Assembly (NCBI GenBank): GCA_950097015.1
Contig: CATNEN010000039.1
Coordinates: 8,432,001 to 8,496,000 of the forward strand
Direction: 5' to 3'
DNA from: Macrostomum hystrix
Taxonomy: Eukaryota > Animalia > Platyhelminthes
DNA length: 64,000 nt
Position numbers and translations under genes: made by a program. The notes under the pieces are model-generated. The model searched no databases. It was given only the letters and a program-made list of their open reading frames with translations, and was not told where the DNA came from. Below are positions 1 to 13,062 of this stretch, piece after piece. The stretch's first letter is position 1. Each line of letters opens with the position of its first letter.

Positions 1-322
1 ACGCAATTAGCTTCCATAGGTTTCTCTATATCCATGGCAACGAACGTAATTCAAGTTGAAAAAACACGGACTGATTGAGCCATTTTGTCTTGATAAGACT
101 GGCTGCTTCTTTCAAGGTCACAAGCCTCTGCTAGTTTGCTGATTAGACCACCCGACTAAAAGTAAATATTGCTTACATTCAAGCATACCATGGCGTGGTT
201 TTTGCGTGACAGCCAACATCCACATGAAACTAGCGAACTAACAAAGTTGGCTAAATGAAAATCGGCTATTCATTATTGAATAGAAGTGGGAGTCCTGATG
301 CGCCAGATTACTCATCACTCAC

Positions 323-1626
323 CGCATGAAAAGAAGTACCTTGAAACGGGACCGACTTCGATGCCAAACTCGTTTCTCTTCTCCGCTGGCAGCACCCCCA
401 GGTACATCTGGCGCGCCATCACGCTCTTGCGACCCACCTTGGACAGAAAGTGATTGGAGCAGGCTTGGGTGGCGAAAAAGCTGAGCACCTGCTGGAAGCG
501 AGTACGCCTGCTGATTGGGAAGGTCTTGTTCTTGCCGGTGGTTCCGCTAGTCTTCGCCAGGTAGTGTACTGAACCCTTGAAAAAAACGTCAGGCTCTCCA
601 CTGTAGGCAAGCTGGTTGTACTTTTCGAACTCGGCGTAGTCGCGCACGGGCACCAGAGCTCGATAGTCCTCGATGCCGAGGATTTCGTCGAAACGGTGGT
701 CTCGGCCGAACAGGGTGCTGCGGCTCTGCCGCACAAGCCGCATCAGCGTCTTCTCCTGCAAGGCCCGCATGGCACTACGAGATTTATAGGCCCGACGGTG
801 AATCCAAAGCGAGTAGCGAGCTGCGGTGGCTGTGAAGAGCGCCAGCAGCAACTGCGACCGCATGCCGACCCAGCTGAAAGACTCGCAAGGCTCCAGCCAT
901 TTCACGTACTGGCAGGCTGCGACGCCCATGGCCGACAAAGCCGAAACCAGAGCTGAATTAGTGCGTTAGATGTACAAATATTACAATTTCAGGACGGCCG
1001 AGAACTGGCACATCATTTGGCGACAGTTGACCCGCAGCCAGCGAGGAGGCAATTCTGCCCATTTCGCTGGCTCCTGAGCACACACGCACACAGATACTGT
1101 ACGCAGGCACGCACGCACACAGGTGTGTACATCTGCCCTGTCTTTTTCATCTTCAGGCAGTGTACACTCTCACTCTGCCTTAAGGGTTGACCCTCCTGGG
1201 CGCAAATTGCATGACAAGCCCTCGATGCCTTCTCTCCACGGCTTGGGGACCTTGGTTGTAGAGGCAACTACTCACCGCTCTGCCACTCATCTCACAGAAG
1301 TGCTCGCTTTAGTGATAGAAATCAGCTATGTGCTTTTGGTTCAACATGATGATAATGAAAGCACGCAAGAAAGTTCTGATAATTGTTTTTTCATACGAGT
1401 TTAAAAAATTTGGAATAAAAACTCGAAACGAGAGATTGTTGATAAAGCGATCATATTACGAGTATACCAGTTTCAGCATAGACTCACCAAGGCCAACAAA
1501 GTACAGGCTGCAACTCCATTGAATTGAGAGCAGTGTCAGCAGAGATGCAGCCAGCACAGCAACGCAGACTGCTGTTGCATTGTTGAGTATCTGCTTAGAC
1601 GTCTGTCGTCCATCGTTTGCGGCCAT
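323..1626 (-). CDS. GH3-domain (GHDC-like) acyl-adenylate-forming family protein, first two coding exons; the gene continues beyond the left edge
   Basis: Exon 1 is 1626-1488 (ATG GCC GCA..., donor G|GTGAGT, phase 1). Exon 2 is 952 to about 323 (acceptor ctaattcag|CT, donor G|GTGAGT; alternative donor near 339). The protein has a hydrophobic N-terminus, then GH3 motifs QEKTLMRLV..T.FGRDH.F..I....DYR..VPVRDY.EF..Y and the P-loop-like LAKTSGTTGKNKTFP. Confidence 0.8.
1007..1262 (-). mobile_element. tRNA-derived SINE family A, partial copy in the GH3 intron
   Basis: The reverse complement matches the 57068 copy (…agggcagatgtacacacctgtgtgcgtg…ggagccagcgaaatgggcagaattgcctcctcgctggctgcggg…). Confidence 0.75.
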
Positions 1627-2313
1627 GTCGGAAATATCATCAGGCAGGTAAAAAGTACAATTTTTATACGCACCTCAATCGAGCGCCGAGTACCTGTCAT
1701 AGCCTTGTACTTATAGCCGAGGCTCGAGTCCTTTTGCCCTTTACCTGTTACACTTTAGTCCACGCGATGTCTTATCTCTGAAATGCTCATGCGGCCTCTG
1801 TATGACGGCTATCCAGTCGGCAGCCGCATGCAAGTAAAATGAGCAAGCTTTTTCTTGTACTCGCTTTCAATACGTTGCTGCAATCTCGTAGCAGGGGCTA
1901 ATGAAAATTTTTTTGTTTATTTTAATCTTTTTTACTAAATCTGATAAGCAGCTCAATTCGCTAAACTTTAAATAGTATCTGGGTGACAGCGCCTTGTTGT
2001 TTGGCGTCATAGGCACAATCCTGAAAAATATTTTCCTAGCTTCACTCACTGAGACTTTGTGCTGCCAAGCTATTTCTCAAAACAGTAAAACAGTCCACTC
2101 GCACGATTGAAAGCCTGTTTATTATCTCGCACTGGTCAGATTTTTGGCTTAAAAATAGGTATTGAAGGACATTAGGAAATAAAATTGGTCGCTAGCAACA
2201 GAAGCGATCTAGGAGTATAATAATTTATACGAGTGTAATTATGAACTTTCAGCTCAGAATATTGAATAAAGAATATTTTAGAGAATAATCTCAGAAACGT
2301 TTCTCGATGGTTA

Positions 2314-2618
2314 GTGGGTGCAGAGTGGCATCTCGCACCAAGGTACAAGGCGAGGCCACATTCATTTGGGGCGCAGCCGTGGAGAGAAGGCTTGGGGGCT
2401 TGTCGTGCAATTGACGCCCTTGAGGGCCATCCTCCAAGACACAGTGACAGTGTACACTGCCTGATGATGAGAAAGTCAGGGCAGATGTACACACCTGTGT
2501 GAGCGTGTGCCTGCGTACAGTATCTGTGTGCGTGTATGCTTTGGAGTCAGCGAAATCGGCAGAATGATGTGTTATAGCCCGCGGCCCTCCTGCAGTTATT
2601 ATAATTATTATTATTATT
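2314..2618 (+). mobile_element. tRNA-derived SINE family A copy
   Basis: Shares gtgcagag head, cgaggccacattcatttggggcgcagcc and agtcagggcagatgtacacacctg with the other copies; ends in cctcctgcagttattataattattattatt (TTA-type tail). Confidence 0.75.
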
Positions 2619-3427
2619 GTCGCTCTGTATAGTCCGGTGCCTTTCGTCCACTGATCTTTTCGATCAGTCGTTTCGTCTTTTCGAATATCGATATGTACAT
2701 TTCATAACATAAGTCAACATTGCGGCAAGACACACTAACTGATCGTCCTTCATGGTCTTGTTTAAATTTTTGTAAGGCCTTTTAATTCCAGGCTGGTGTC
2801 TGCATTTGCCTTTTTACGAAGTTTTACGAGGTTACTCAGGTACACCAGGGACCTCGTATACCTGGCTACTGTCAGCAATTGCGTTGCCACAATCGAACCA
2901 TTATAGCTTATTAACCATTAGCAACTTTGTTTCCTTTACAATCTGTTGCTAGTGCAGGTGCTTTGAGTCGCATGGAAAATGACAGTGGTTCTCTGCAACT
3001 GTCAGTGGCTAGACATTGTTCATTCACTCGATATAATTTTCCCGAAGTGAGTTTAGCTCTTGAAAGTATCACGAGCTGCTGGGGGCCCACTTTCAGTTCC
3101 CAATCAATGCGGTTCTAGCAAAAAAGGATATTTTCAATTGATTTTTTGAAGGCCACTTTTTGGAGAAGGCTGTTGTGGCACAACTCGCTAATGAATCCAG
3201 AGAAGAGTGGCTTAGATTTTTTTCGAGTCCTCACGTTTTCTACTCAGAGTGACGATTTCGTCTCGAAGTTATTTTAATTAGCCCTGCAAATCTTGTTCAC
3301 CTTCAGATTGTATAGATTTTCAGTTCATTGGTTCCTTCAAATTAGAAAAAAAATTTTCTTTAGCTATTTTTACGCCTGGGAAAATCCCACGTGGGGTTCC
3401 ACTGCCTACTTCACGATTGCTCCCAAA

Positions 3428-3760
3428 TCAAATGACCGATATTTGTGAAAGTCCACCATATCGATCAATATTTTTGCCATTTACGATGAACTGATTTTTA
3501 AAGCCATCCGACGTCAGCATCGTCGAGGTATTCAGCGATTCCTGTGGAAGACACTGGTGACAAGGATCCAACTCAGATTGCTGTTTACAAACCTCAAAGG
3601 CGAGTCCATATTGATTCAATAATCTGAGTCCATCTGTCGTAGGGACATTCGTTCTCAGCATCCCAGGCTCCATTTCCCTTCATCGCCTTTTGAAGCATCG
3701 GCGGAAACCGTCGGGAACTTCAACAAAGCACCCGATCGGCATGTACAAGACGACTGCGTT
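3428..3760 (-). pseudogene. Possible highly degraded Merlin/ISXO2-like transposase fragment
   Basis: Frameshifted pieces W-SLG/MLRT, LAFEV…, STMLTSDGFK loosely resemble the Merlin W.LG…EV..R…T.I.SDGW order. The match is weak. Confidence 0.3.
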
Positions 3761-4215
3761 CCCAAAACTGAAATAGAAGAATGAATTCTCTTCTGCTGGC
3801 AGTCTTCAGTCAGTAGGCGTAAAATGGACGGGAAAGAGATGCTGACAACAATGGCATAGTTTGTAGAGCCGAGTTTGTTAGCTTCCTTGGTGGAATTTTG
3901 TGAGCAGAAAAGTTATGCATATTGGTGGTTTTTTGCCACCTGACACCCCGACAAGAATCCTTGAATATCTCGACGTTGCCTAGTTTTTTTATTGTGGAAG
4001 TTGTTAAATCGGATTGAGCGGAAAATGTTATGCCATGTTCTGTACTTTCATCACGATTCGTTCAATATTTTAGGAGATACAGAAAAAAATAGGGTATTTC
4101 TATTGTTAAAAAGCAAGCAAACTTTAGACTTTCACACTTCAAAGAAAAATAATTATATAGCCCGTGCATGAACAACCAACAGCGCCACATAGTTCATTGC
4201 AATCGTGTTATCAGC

Positions 4216-4703
4216 TAGTGGAACTACAAAACGCAAGCACATGAAACTCAAGAACACGGGCCAACCTTTTGTTGCGCAACTTCTGAAACAATAATCAAGT
4301 CGCCAGCTCTTCGGACCGTCAAGTTATTCAATGTTTCTGGCCGAAGGTCCGATTTTTCCCATAAGTGCTAGTGTATTTCATACAGCAGTGTTCACAAATT
4401 AGCACTGCGCCTCAGTGCGGCCTTGCCAGGCCTTCAAAATATATCAGCATGTCACCTGAATGTGCCTGCATCATGTCCGTATTCAGTAGTCACATACCTT
4501 TATCTAGACGAATTTGCTGGACCTTCAAGGGCAACAACAGGTGGAAATATGGACACCCTGACGTGAATTTCTCCGATTTCACTGATTAAGCCTAAATATT
4601 AAGCGCAGCTCGACCACAGTACACCATCGCCCAGTCTGTCAACCAATCAGTCACCACCCAACTCTGTTAGTATTCAGGCGCTGCCGAAAAATCCCCCTTG
4701 GTA
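4216..4703 (+). mobile_element. Deleted or diverged relative of the fold-back element at 58716-59531
   Basis: 4233-4530 matches the left arm (gcaagcacatgaaactcaagaacacgggccaac…attagcactgcgcctcagtgcggccttgccaggccttcaaa). It ends in aaaatcccccttggta like the right arm. Confidence 0.7.
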
Positions 4704-5690
4704 AATCGGAAATGAAGCCGTAACAGAAATTATGTAGATTGTAGAAGATAAGGCATGCCTTTTAGGGTTGCAATTTTATAAATCTATTTGTTTGGATTAT
4801 AAATTAATTAGTATAGATTTAAACTAAAATTAAATTCACTTAAATTCCGCGATTAACCTAATAAATCCCGGAGAATGTGACATTTGTCTATGGCCCGTCA
4901 TGCCTCAGGCGGTTAAGCCGCCTTATTCCACTTTGTCATACTTCCAAGTATGCAAGCTGTGGAAATAATTTTTCTGTCTATGGCTGCAACAAAGATTTCA
5001 ATCTGTGTTAATAGATACAAAATGAAAAGCTGACTTTACGGACGGTTCCACAGATTCAGTTACAAAGATTATTCCCGAGCTGCGAAAGGGAACGAAGTCA
5101 TCTGATGACGACGTTCGCCAAGCTCCATTAGACATAGCGGCTGTGAAAGCTTTAAACGATACGATTTAAGTCTAAAAATACCACGAGCAGGAACAAATGG
5201 GCCGAAAAGTTATTTGACAATTGGAGACAGAGCCGCGGTATGGATTGCATCGCCGTACATAAACTGGCCGACGAAGAGCTTTAGTGTCTTCTGCGTGACA
5301 CTGACTCGATCAATATATTCCATGTAAAAACAGTCCGATTAGCAATATAATTTGCAGTGTTGTGTTTAATACAATAAGCAAAAAACCAAGGACCACTAGA
5401 AGAAGAAGGTCGGGACATTTAGACAATGTTTAATAGGCTGATTTGCATGGACAAATCCACTAGAGAGACAGCAAATTTTCACTTTATCACATTAGGCAAC
5501 ATGTTTTGCAAAAAATATTAAAAGAACAGCATTGGATGTGCTTCCAATGAAAAGTTACCAAAATTTTCATGTCAAAAAAGTGAAAAAGTTCCTTATCTCG
5601 CCAGTGCATTTACCGTGAAAATCTGCCTTTAATACATTTTCCAAGAAAGTGTCCCGTCCTTCTTCTTCTAGTGGTCCTTACAAAATACAT

Positions 5691-7241
5691 TCAAACCGAC
5701 AGGCAATCAGTTACACACCTGCCTCGGCAGGTAAGCGTGCGCCTGAACGCCTGCCTGAAGTCCTTGTTGAAGACAGTGTAGATGACCGGATTGATTGCGC
5801 TGTTGCAGTAGCCGAGCCAGAAGAAAAAGTCGAAGGCCAGGTGGGGCACGCAGCGGCACAGGATGTGCACCAGGTAGGTGGTGAAGAACGGGAACCAGCA
5901 GAGCACGAATGCCCCCATGATGAGGCCCAGGACCAACGTCGAGCGGCGCTCCTTGGCTTTCGCCAGGCGTCGCTTTCGTTTAAGAGCCTCGCTCAGCTCC
6001 GTCAGCGGCTCGATCGCTCCGCCGCCGCTGCCAGCAACGCCGCCGACACCGCCTCCATTGACTGCGCAGGAAGTCGCAGGAACGACTTCTTCATCCTCGT
6101 CATCCTCATCGTCGTCGTTCCGGGGTCGCTCGCTGATGCACTGGGAGGCGTCGTCATTGTCGATTCTGTCGTTTGTGTCTACCGGCGAAGCGGACTTTGA
6201 CGGAGATTTTCGTGAAGAGGTTCTTGTCTGAAAAGGCAATATGCGAGCTTAGACACGGAGACACTAATTAAAAATATAATTTATGAAATTTTTCATTTTT
6301 GGACGAATTTTCAGCACGTCTTAAACAAGGGATTGATCAGGTTTGAAAGATGAATGAATAGATCAGGTGTTTCTCAGGTGCATTAATAGGTCATGGCTTT
6401 GTCATAAAACTTAATTGGTCAGGTGCTTTGTCAGATTGCAACTAGGTCAGGTTACAATACTCAAATACTGAAGTTGCTCGAAACGAGCATCGCTCACCCG
6501 CAGCTGATCGGCGGACTTCTTCAGCGCTGCCATGTTCACTGAGTGAATGAGTCGTCTGCGGCGCACTCGCTGTCTGGCAGTCTGGAAGATCTTGGCGTAC
6601 ACCACCACCATGATGAGCATGGGGATGTAGAAACTGCCCATGCTTGAGTAAAGCACGTAGCCGATTTCGTCTGTCAGCTCGCAGCGGTCTGCGCTGACCT
6701 GCGGCTTACGCCAGCCCAGCAGAGGCGGCAGGCATATAGCGGCGGACAGGAGCCAGACCACGGCAATCATCAGGGCCGCACGTGACCGCGTCCTCTGCCT
6801 GGGATAGGCCAGGGCCCTGGACACGCTCCAGTAGCGGTCCAGGCTGATCAGGCACAGGTTCATGATGCTGGCTGTGCACATCAGCACGTCTATGGCCAGC
6901 CACAGCTCGCACCATTTGGCGCCGAACACCCAGGAGCCAAGCAGCTGATTTGTGAGCGAGAACGGCATCACCAGGACGCCCAGAAGCAGGTCGGCGAAGG
7001 CCAACGACGCAAGGAACCAGTTCTGCACCGTGGCCACCTTGCGGTCGCGGGCGATGGCTACGATCACCAGCACGTTGCCAAGCACAACCAGCACCCAGAC
7101 GGCCAGCACACTGAGGGCGATCAGGGTGGCTTCCAGTATCGAGTAGCGAAGTCGAAGCAACGATGTCGAACTGCTAGATGAGTTGCCGATGCTAGTGACG
7201 CTGTGCGATCCGTTGAGCCAGTGGGAAAAGCTTGAGTGCAT
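5691..7241 (-). CDS. Class A biogenic-amine GPCR, alpha2-adrenergic/octopamine-alpha2-like (426 aa, 2 coding exons)
   Basis: Exons 7241-6498 (donor CGG|GTGAGC) and 6227-5691 (acceptor tttcag|ACA), phase 0. Motifs: GN.LV, LAFADLLLG, TM3 Asp in WLAIDVLMCTASIMNLCLISLDRYW, TM5 YSSMGSFYIP, CWFPFF, FFFWLGYCNSAINPVIYTVFNKDFRQAF, short C-tail and acidic ICL3. Confidence 0.92.
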
Positions 7242-7904
7242 CCTGCCTGGCAGGTTCGGCGGAGTGTACGAAGCTGTGATAAAAAATCTGGAGCCGCTCC
7301 ACCAGCCAATCCGCTCAGGGCGTGGGGAAGGGTTCGGTCACATCTCGCCAGCCAATCGTGGACCGCCAAGTGGAATGCCAGACGAACTGGCAGGGTGCAT
7401 AAAAATGAATTCCTCATTATCCGATAAGCAGCCAATCGGCGAATCGGAAATGAAATGAAAAGCCTTGCAGATCAGAAGTTTGTATGACTAAGGCATCAAT
7501 TGTGCCCGGGGGGTGCAAATACAGATTATAGCTTAGTTGATCTCGGTCCTGCAATGCCCAGGTCCCTGATAAGGGCTTATCTCGAGATCCCGATGAGCGA
7601 CACATGAACCAGGCGACACCAGGCAGAATAGGAAGGATTAACGCGCCCGAGGCTAATGTCTCGCTGATTTAATGAAATCCTTTTAAAGCAGGTTTATGTG
7701 CTTTTTGTCACTTTGCTGCTCGCTAGAGTCCCCAGCATGAGTGTTTTTTTGTTTTGAAACGAATAAAAGCTGTCACCGGGGAGTCTTGTTCATGGACTAA
7801 AAACTTGTTGTCTGCTGACTGCTGGCCTTCAGAGTCTGTCACCCATGATTTTAAACTGACACTTTTATCACAGACCAACTCATCGACCTCATTCATGCCC
7901 AACC

Positions 7905-9035
7905 TCAGTCATTTACAATCAGTCATTCACAATCAGTCATTCACAATCAATCATTCACAATCAGTCATTTGCAATCAGTCATTTGCAATCAGTTATTCAC
8001 AATCAGTCATTCACAATCAGTCATTCACAATCAGTCATTTGCAATCAGTCATTTACAATCAGTCATTCGCAATCAGTCATTTGCAATCAGTCATTTGCAA
8101 TCAGTCATTCGCAATCAGTCATTTGCAATCAGTCATTTGCAATCAGTCATTTGCAATCAGTCATTCACAATCAGTCATTTGCAATCAGTCATTTGCAATC
8201 AGTCATTCACAATCAGTCACTTGCAATCAGTCATTCACAATCAGTCATTTGCAATCAGTCATTTGCAATCAGTCATTCACAATCAGTCATTTGCAATCAG
8301 TCATTCACAATCAGTCATTCACAATCAGTCATTCACAATCAGTCATTCACAATCAGTCATTTGCAATCAGTCATTCACAATCAGTCATTTGCAATCAGTC
8401 ATTCACAATCAGTCATTTGCAATCAGTCATTTACAATCAGTCATTCACAATCAGTCATTTGCAATCAGTCATTTGCAATCAGTCATTCACAATCAGTCAT
8501 TCGCAATCAGTCATTCACAATCAGTCATTCACAATCAGTCATTTGCAATCAGTCATTTACAATCAGTCATTTGCAATCAATCATTCACAATCAGTCATTT
8601 GCAATCAGTCATTTGCAATCAGTCATTTGCAATCAGTCATTCACAATCAGTCATTTGCAATCAGTCATTTGCAATCAGTCATTCACAATCAGTCACTTGC
8701 AATCAGTCATTCACAATCAGTCATTCACAATCAGTCATTCACAATCAGTCATTCACAATCTCAGTCATTCAGAATCTCAGTCATTCAGAATCTCAGTCAT
8801 TCTCAATCTCAGTCATTCACAATCTCAGTCATTCAGAATCTCAGTCATTCACAATCTCAGTCATTCACAGTCTCAGTCATTCACAATCTCAGTCATTCAC
8901 AATCTCAGTCATTCACAATCTCAGTCATTCACAATCTCAGTCATTCTCAATCTCAGTCATTCACAATCTCAGTCAGTCACAATCTCAGTCATTCTCAATC
9001 TCAGTCATTCACAATCTCAGTCATTCACAATGTCA
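7905..9035. repeat. Minisatellite: 14-bp unit AATCAGTCATT(TG/CA)C switching to a 16-bp unit AATCTCAGTCATTCAC near 8757
   Basis: Directly visible tandem array. Confidence 0.97.
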
Positions 9036-9855
9036 CTCATTCCCAGCAGAGCCTGTAAACACAGTCACACAGTTAGTTATCTGAGGCACTGGTTCAAATT
9101 GACTGCCATAAAGTGCAAAAGCTTGAGACCGGGCCGCGATAATACTATAGGCTGCCAGCCATGAGAGCTATGGGATTTGCGGCCAAGACCTAATCTGGTC
9201 ATTCTTCATGCCCTGCACTGCCAGCTCGCCGCTGTTCGCTGCTCAGCGGCCTTCCATCCAGACCCGATGGCAGGGGCTGAGTAAGGAAACGAGTCTGCTG
9301 ACTTCGGGTAAAGCTGACAGTCGATGGTTAGGCAATAAATCTGCTGCCAAAAGAAGCAGCCGCGGCAGGGACTAACAAAGAGAAACAGGGCATCGAGTAT
9401 GAGCTTACTCAGAAGCTAGTTAACTAGGCCGGCCCAGCTAAACAAAAAAGCCTTCCCGTCCGGTGCATGTCGAGTTTACGACTAGATTTGAAGCATCTGC
9501 ACTAATTCACCAGTTAAATTTAATATGAATTGTTAGCGAATGTAATTACAAGTATGTCTATGGCATTAAAAAACTATTCGGGTACATGATATCGACTCAA
9601 ATGTTTTCTTTGGCCGCAGAGCTTGACCATAGACATATCTAAGAAACAGCATTAGAGCGTGCTACTCTAAGGGTCAACAGTCGTCATTCGAGTCCCTCTA
9701 TTTGACATGTGGTTTAGGCCATAGATGGTTTACCATTCCATAGCATTTTTTACAGGTTATACTCGTAGAAAAGTCTATGGCCTCGGAGCTTTAAAGCTTT
9801 GAAGCTACTGTAACATTAGCCACAGATATTTGCAGTCTATGGCCAAGAGGGACAG

Positions 9856-10180
9856 GGGGTGAGTAGCAGAGCAGTCTAATGTGTTAGCCTCTAAGATCCC
9901 TGAGCTCGATTCCCAGGTGAGAACACATGCATTTGGGGTGGAGCCGCTGAGAGAAGGCTTGGGGGCAGGGGGCTTGTCATGCAATTACGAGCTACACTAC
10001 CCACGAGGGCCAACCCGAAGGCACAGTGACAGTGTACACTTCCTGAAACTCATAAAGTCAAGGGAGATATTGTACACACCCAGTGTGTGTGTGTGTGCTT
10101 GCCTACTTGCCTGCGTTTAGGAGTCAGCGAAATGGGCAGAATTGCCTCTCGCTTGCTGCGGGTCTACTGTCACTAACTTT
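9856..10180 (+). mobile_element. tRNA-derived SINE family A copy (diverged)
   Basis: gggggtgagtagcagagcag…cctgagctcgattccc (B-box-like)…gcacagtgacagtgtacact…ggagtcagcgaaatgggcagaattgcc. Confidence 0.7.
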
Positions 10181-10516
10181 CAGCTGTGGTCCTGATTATC
10201 CTGATATTCCTGATCCTACATATGTACGATATTTATCGTAGGCATATCCAGGTAGGGACAATTCAATACTACTGAATAACAAGAGGATTTCTCGCACTGT
10301 CAAACTTTGCAGACGCAGAGCAAAGCGCGCACCTGAATGAAAGCTAATTGGGATTTATGATAAAATTCCCGAATATTCTCGGGACGTAGGAAACCGGGAA
10401 AGGGAAGCTATTCAGACTGCGAGGACAGCTGCGGCTTAAGGACACTGGCGACTGTACAGAATAAAGTAATTTTGCTTAAGAACCATGGAAGTCTACAGGT
10501 ACAAAAGCCACGCTCA

Positions 10517-11140
10517 AACAGCTGATAGACAGGTGGAGTGACAGGTGCACTAAACAACTGATAGACAGGTGGAGTGACAGGTGCACTAAACAACTGATAG
10601 ACAGGTGGAGAGAGTGAGAGGTGCACTAAACAGCTGATAAACAGGTGGAGAGAGTGAGAGGTGCACTAAACAGCTGATAGACAGGTGGAGTGAGTGACAG
10701 GTGCACTAAACAGCTGATAGACAGGTGGAGTGAGTGACAGGTGCACTAAACAGCTGATAGACAGGTGGAGTGAGTGACAGGTGCACTAAACAGCTGATAG
10801 ACAGGTGGAGTGAGTGACAGGTGCACTAAACAGCTGATAGACAGGTGGAGTGAGTGACAGGTGCACTAAACAGCTGATAGACAGGTGGAGCGAGTGACAG
10901 GTGCACTAAACAGCTGATAGACAGGTGGAGTGAGTGACAGGTGCACTAAACAGCTGATAGACAGGTGGAGTGAGTGACAGGTGCACTAAACAGCTGATAG
11001 ACAGGTGGAGTGAGTGACAGGTGCACTAAACAGCTGATAGACAGGTGGAGCGAGTGACAGGTGCACTAAACAGCTGATAGACAGGTGGAGTGACAGGTGC
11101 ACAAAACAGCTAATTGGCAGGCGGAGTGACAGGTGGAGTG
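10517..11140. repeat. Minisatellite, 40-bp unit ACAGGTGGAGTGAGTGACAGGTGCACTAAACAGCTGATAG
   Basis: Tandem array with 36- and 42-bp variants at the edges. Confidence 0.97.
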
Positions 11141-11507
11141 AGGGACACAGAGACAGGAGAGGGAAAGAGCACTCTTCTATGACCATATCTCATAATTTTC
11201 ACATGTTGCGTGAATAACTGATAACTCACCTATGAATTAATCACTGAAGCCAGCAATCGCAAAAAATCTATAATTAGGTACGCCAGCTGCGCTTTTTACG
11301 GAAAGCGGTTCAGATGAGCAATAGATTATCAAAAAACCGATCCAAAATAAACGAAATCAGCTCGTTCCTTTTCTGTCACAAATACTTTACTTTTATTAGC
11401 TCTAGTAAGCATCCAGTAGTGTAGGCATTGGCTCCAATTGCTATTAGCCAATCAGAAATCAGCAATCGACTGGTTGAAGTACAACAAACACAGCACGAGA
11501 AATCTAA

Positions 11508-12030
11508 GATCTGTGATGATTGTCGGATCTGAGGAGGAGAATGGCACCCTGACCAGAGGAGAATGGCAGTCTGACCTGAGGAGAATGGCAGTCTGATCTG
11601 AGGAGAATGGCAGTCAGACCTGAGGATCTGAGCAGAATGGCAGTCTGACCTGAGGAGAATGGCAGTCAGACCTGAGGATCTGAGGAGAATGGCAGTCTGA
11701 CCTGAGGAGAATGGCAGTCTGATCTGAGGAGAATGGAACACAGACCTGAGGATCTGCGGAGAATGGCAGTCAGACCTGAGGATCTGAGGAGAATGGAACT
11801 CAGACCTGAGGATCTGAGGAGAATGGCAGTCAGACCTGAGGATCTGAGGAGAATGGAACTCAGACCTGAGGATCTGAGGAGAATGGCAGTCAGACCTGAG
11901 GATCTGAGGAGAATGGCAGTCAGACCTGAGGATCTGAGGAGAATGGCAGTCAGACCTGAGGATCTGAGGAGAATGGCAGTCAGACCTGAGGAGAATGGCA
12001 GTCAGACCTGAGGATCTGAGGAGAATGGAA
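11508..12030. repeat. Minisatellite, 30-bp unit GAGGAGAATGGCAGTCAGACCTGAGGATCT
   Basis: Tandem array with shorter variants at the left end. Confidence 0.95.
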
Positions 12031-12826
12031 CTCAAAGATCGGCTTTTAAGTACGAGCAAATTCTGTTCAGTCATGGCATGCATGCTTCAATTAGACAGTC
12101 ACATCGGACTGCGGACATTGGACAAGGAAATCTCTGTTCCAATTAAGTAATCTATTAATATATTTTAAATTATGATGACTATAATTAGTAAGTCGTTAAT
12201 CTACTCGCCGGTGCACTTTACGGAGGGGTGAAACTGGCTTAATGAGGAAATGAGTTCTCATTAAAAAGAGATTAGCAACTGTGCGTGGTTTAGTAGATGG
12301 GGCTAAGTTTTCAAGCATGCTAGTCATAATTCTAATTAGGGGATTACCGGCTAGACAATTAGTGAATTCTGGTCTTGTTGGAGAATTCTAGGCACTGGTC
12401 ACTGCAGGTATTAGTGAAAACAAAAATAATAAAATTTTCAGTTATCAGCAATCTGTTAAAGGAAAAAAAGCAATACAGATGTCAGACACAGACACAGGTG
12501 GCAAAAAAAAGATATTGTTAAAAAAACTAAGTGTCGCAAAACGATTTATTGCGAGACGAATAAAACACCATAGCAACAGCATAGCAACTGAGCTGTATTG
12601 CCCAATCCTACGTTGTCCTTATTAAAAAAGATGAATTTTTTGGCGAACTATTAAAAAAAAACTGTTGAATATTTTTAATTTCGCCAGTAATTAATTGATT
12701 ACCCAAAACCTGGCCAGTGCAGGTAGAGGTTAGAAAACTAACAAAGGAAAATCTCAGGTGCCACCAGGTATGAAACACTAGCAATTAAAATATGACAGAG
12801 AGACAGAGAGAGAGTTAGGGAGTCAC

Positions 12827-13062
12827 CAGCGCCCGTCCTTGCCGCCTGGCACCGATGAGCGGCAGTTGATGGCCAGCTGGCCAGCTGAGAAGCTTGACAG
12901 GCTCACACCGGCGATGGCCAGCAGCACCAGAGCTCGCGTGGCCATCAAGCCGGTGCGGCTCTCGCCGCCTCCAGTGGCGCCTCCGCCAGCGCCGCCGCCT
13001 TCGCCGCCGCTAGACTGTCGACGGGTCTGAGCCGACGACGGCTGCTCGAGTCTGAGAGTACT
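12827..13062 (-). other. Isolated GC-rich exon-like segment with an ATG followed by a signal-peptide-like sequence
   Basis: Acceptor cctgtccccccccgcag|AG at 13062, donor TG|GTGACT at 12827. The ATG at 12945 gives MATRALVLLAIAGVSLSSFSAGQLAINC…. Confidence 0.5.

Noticed and set aside
7754-9164. Long ORFs in three frames
   Set aside because: Artefacts of a stop-free tandem repeat.
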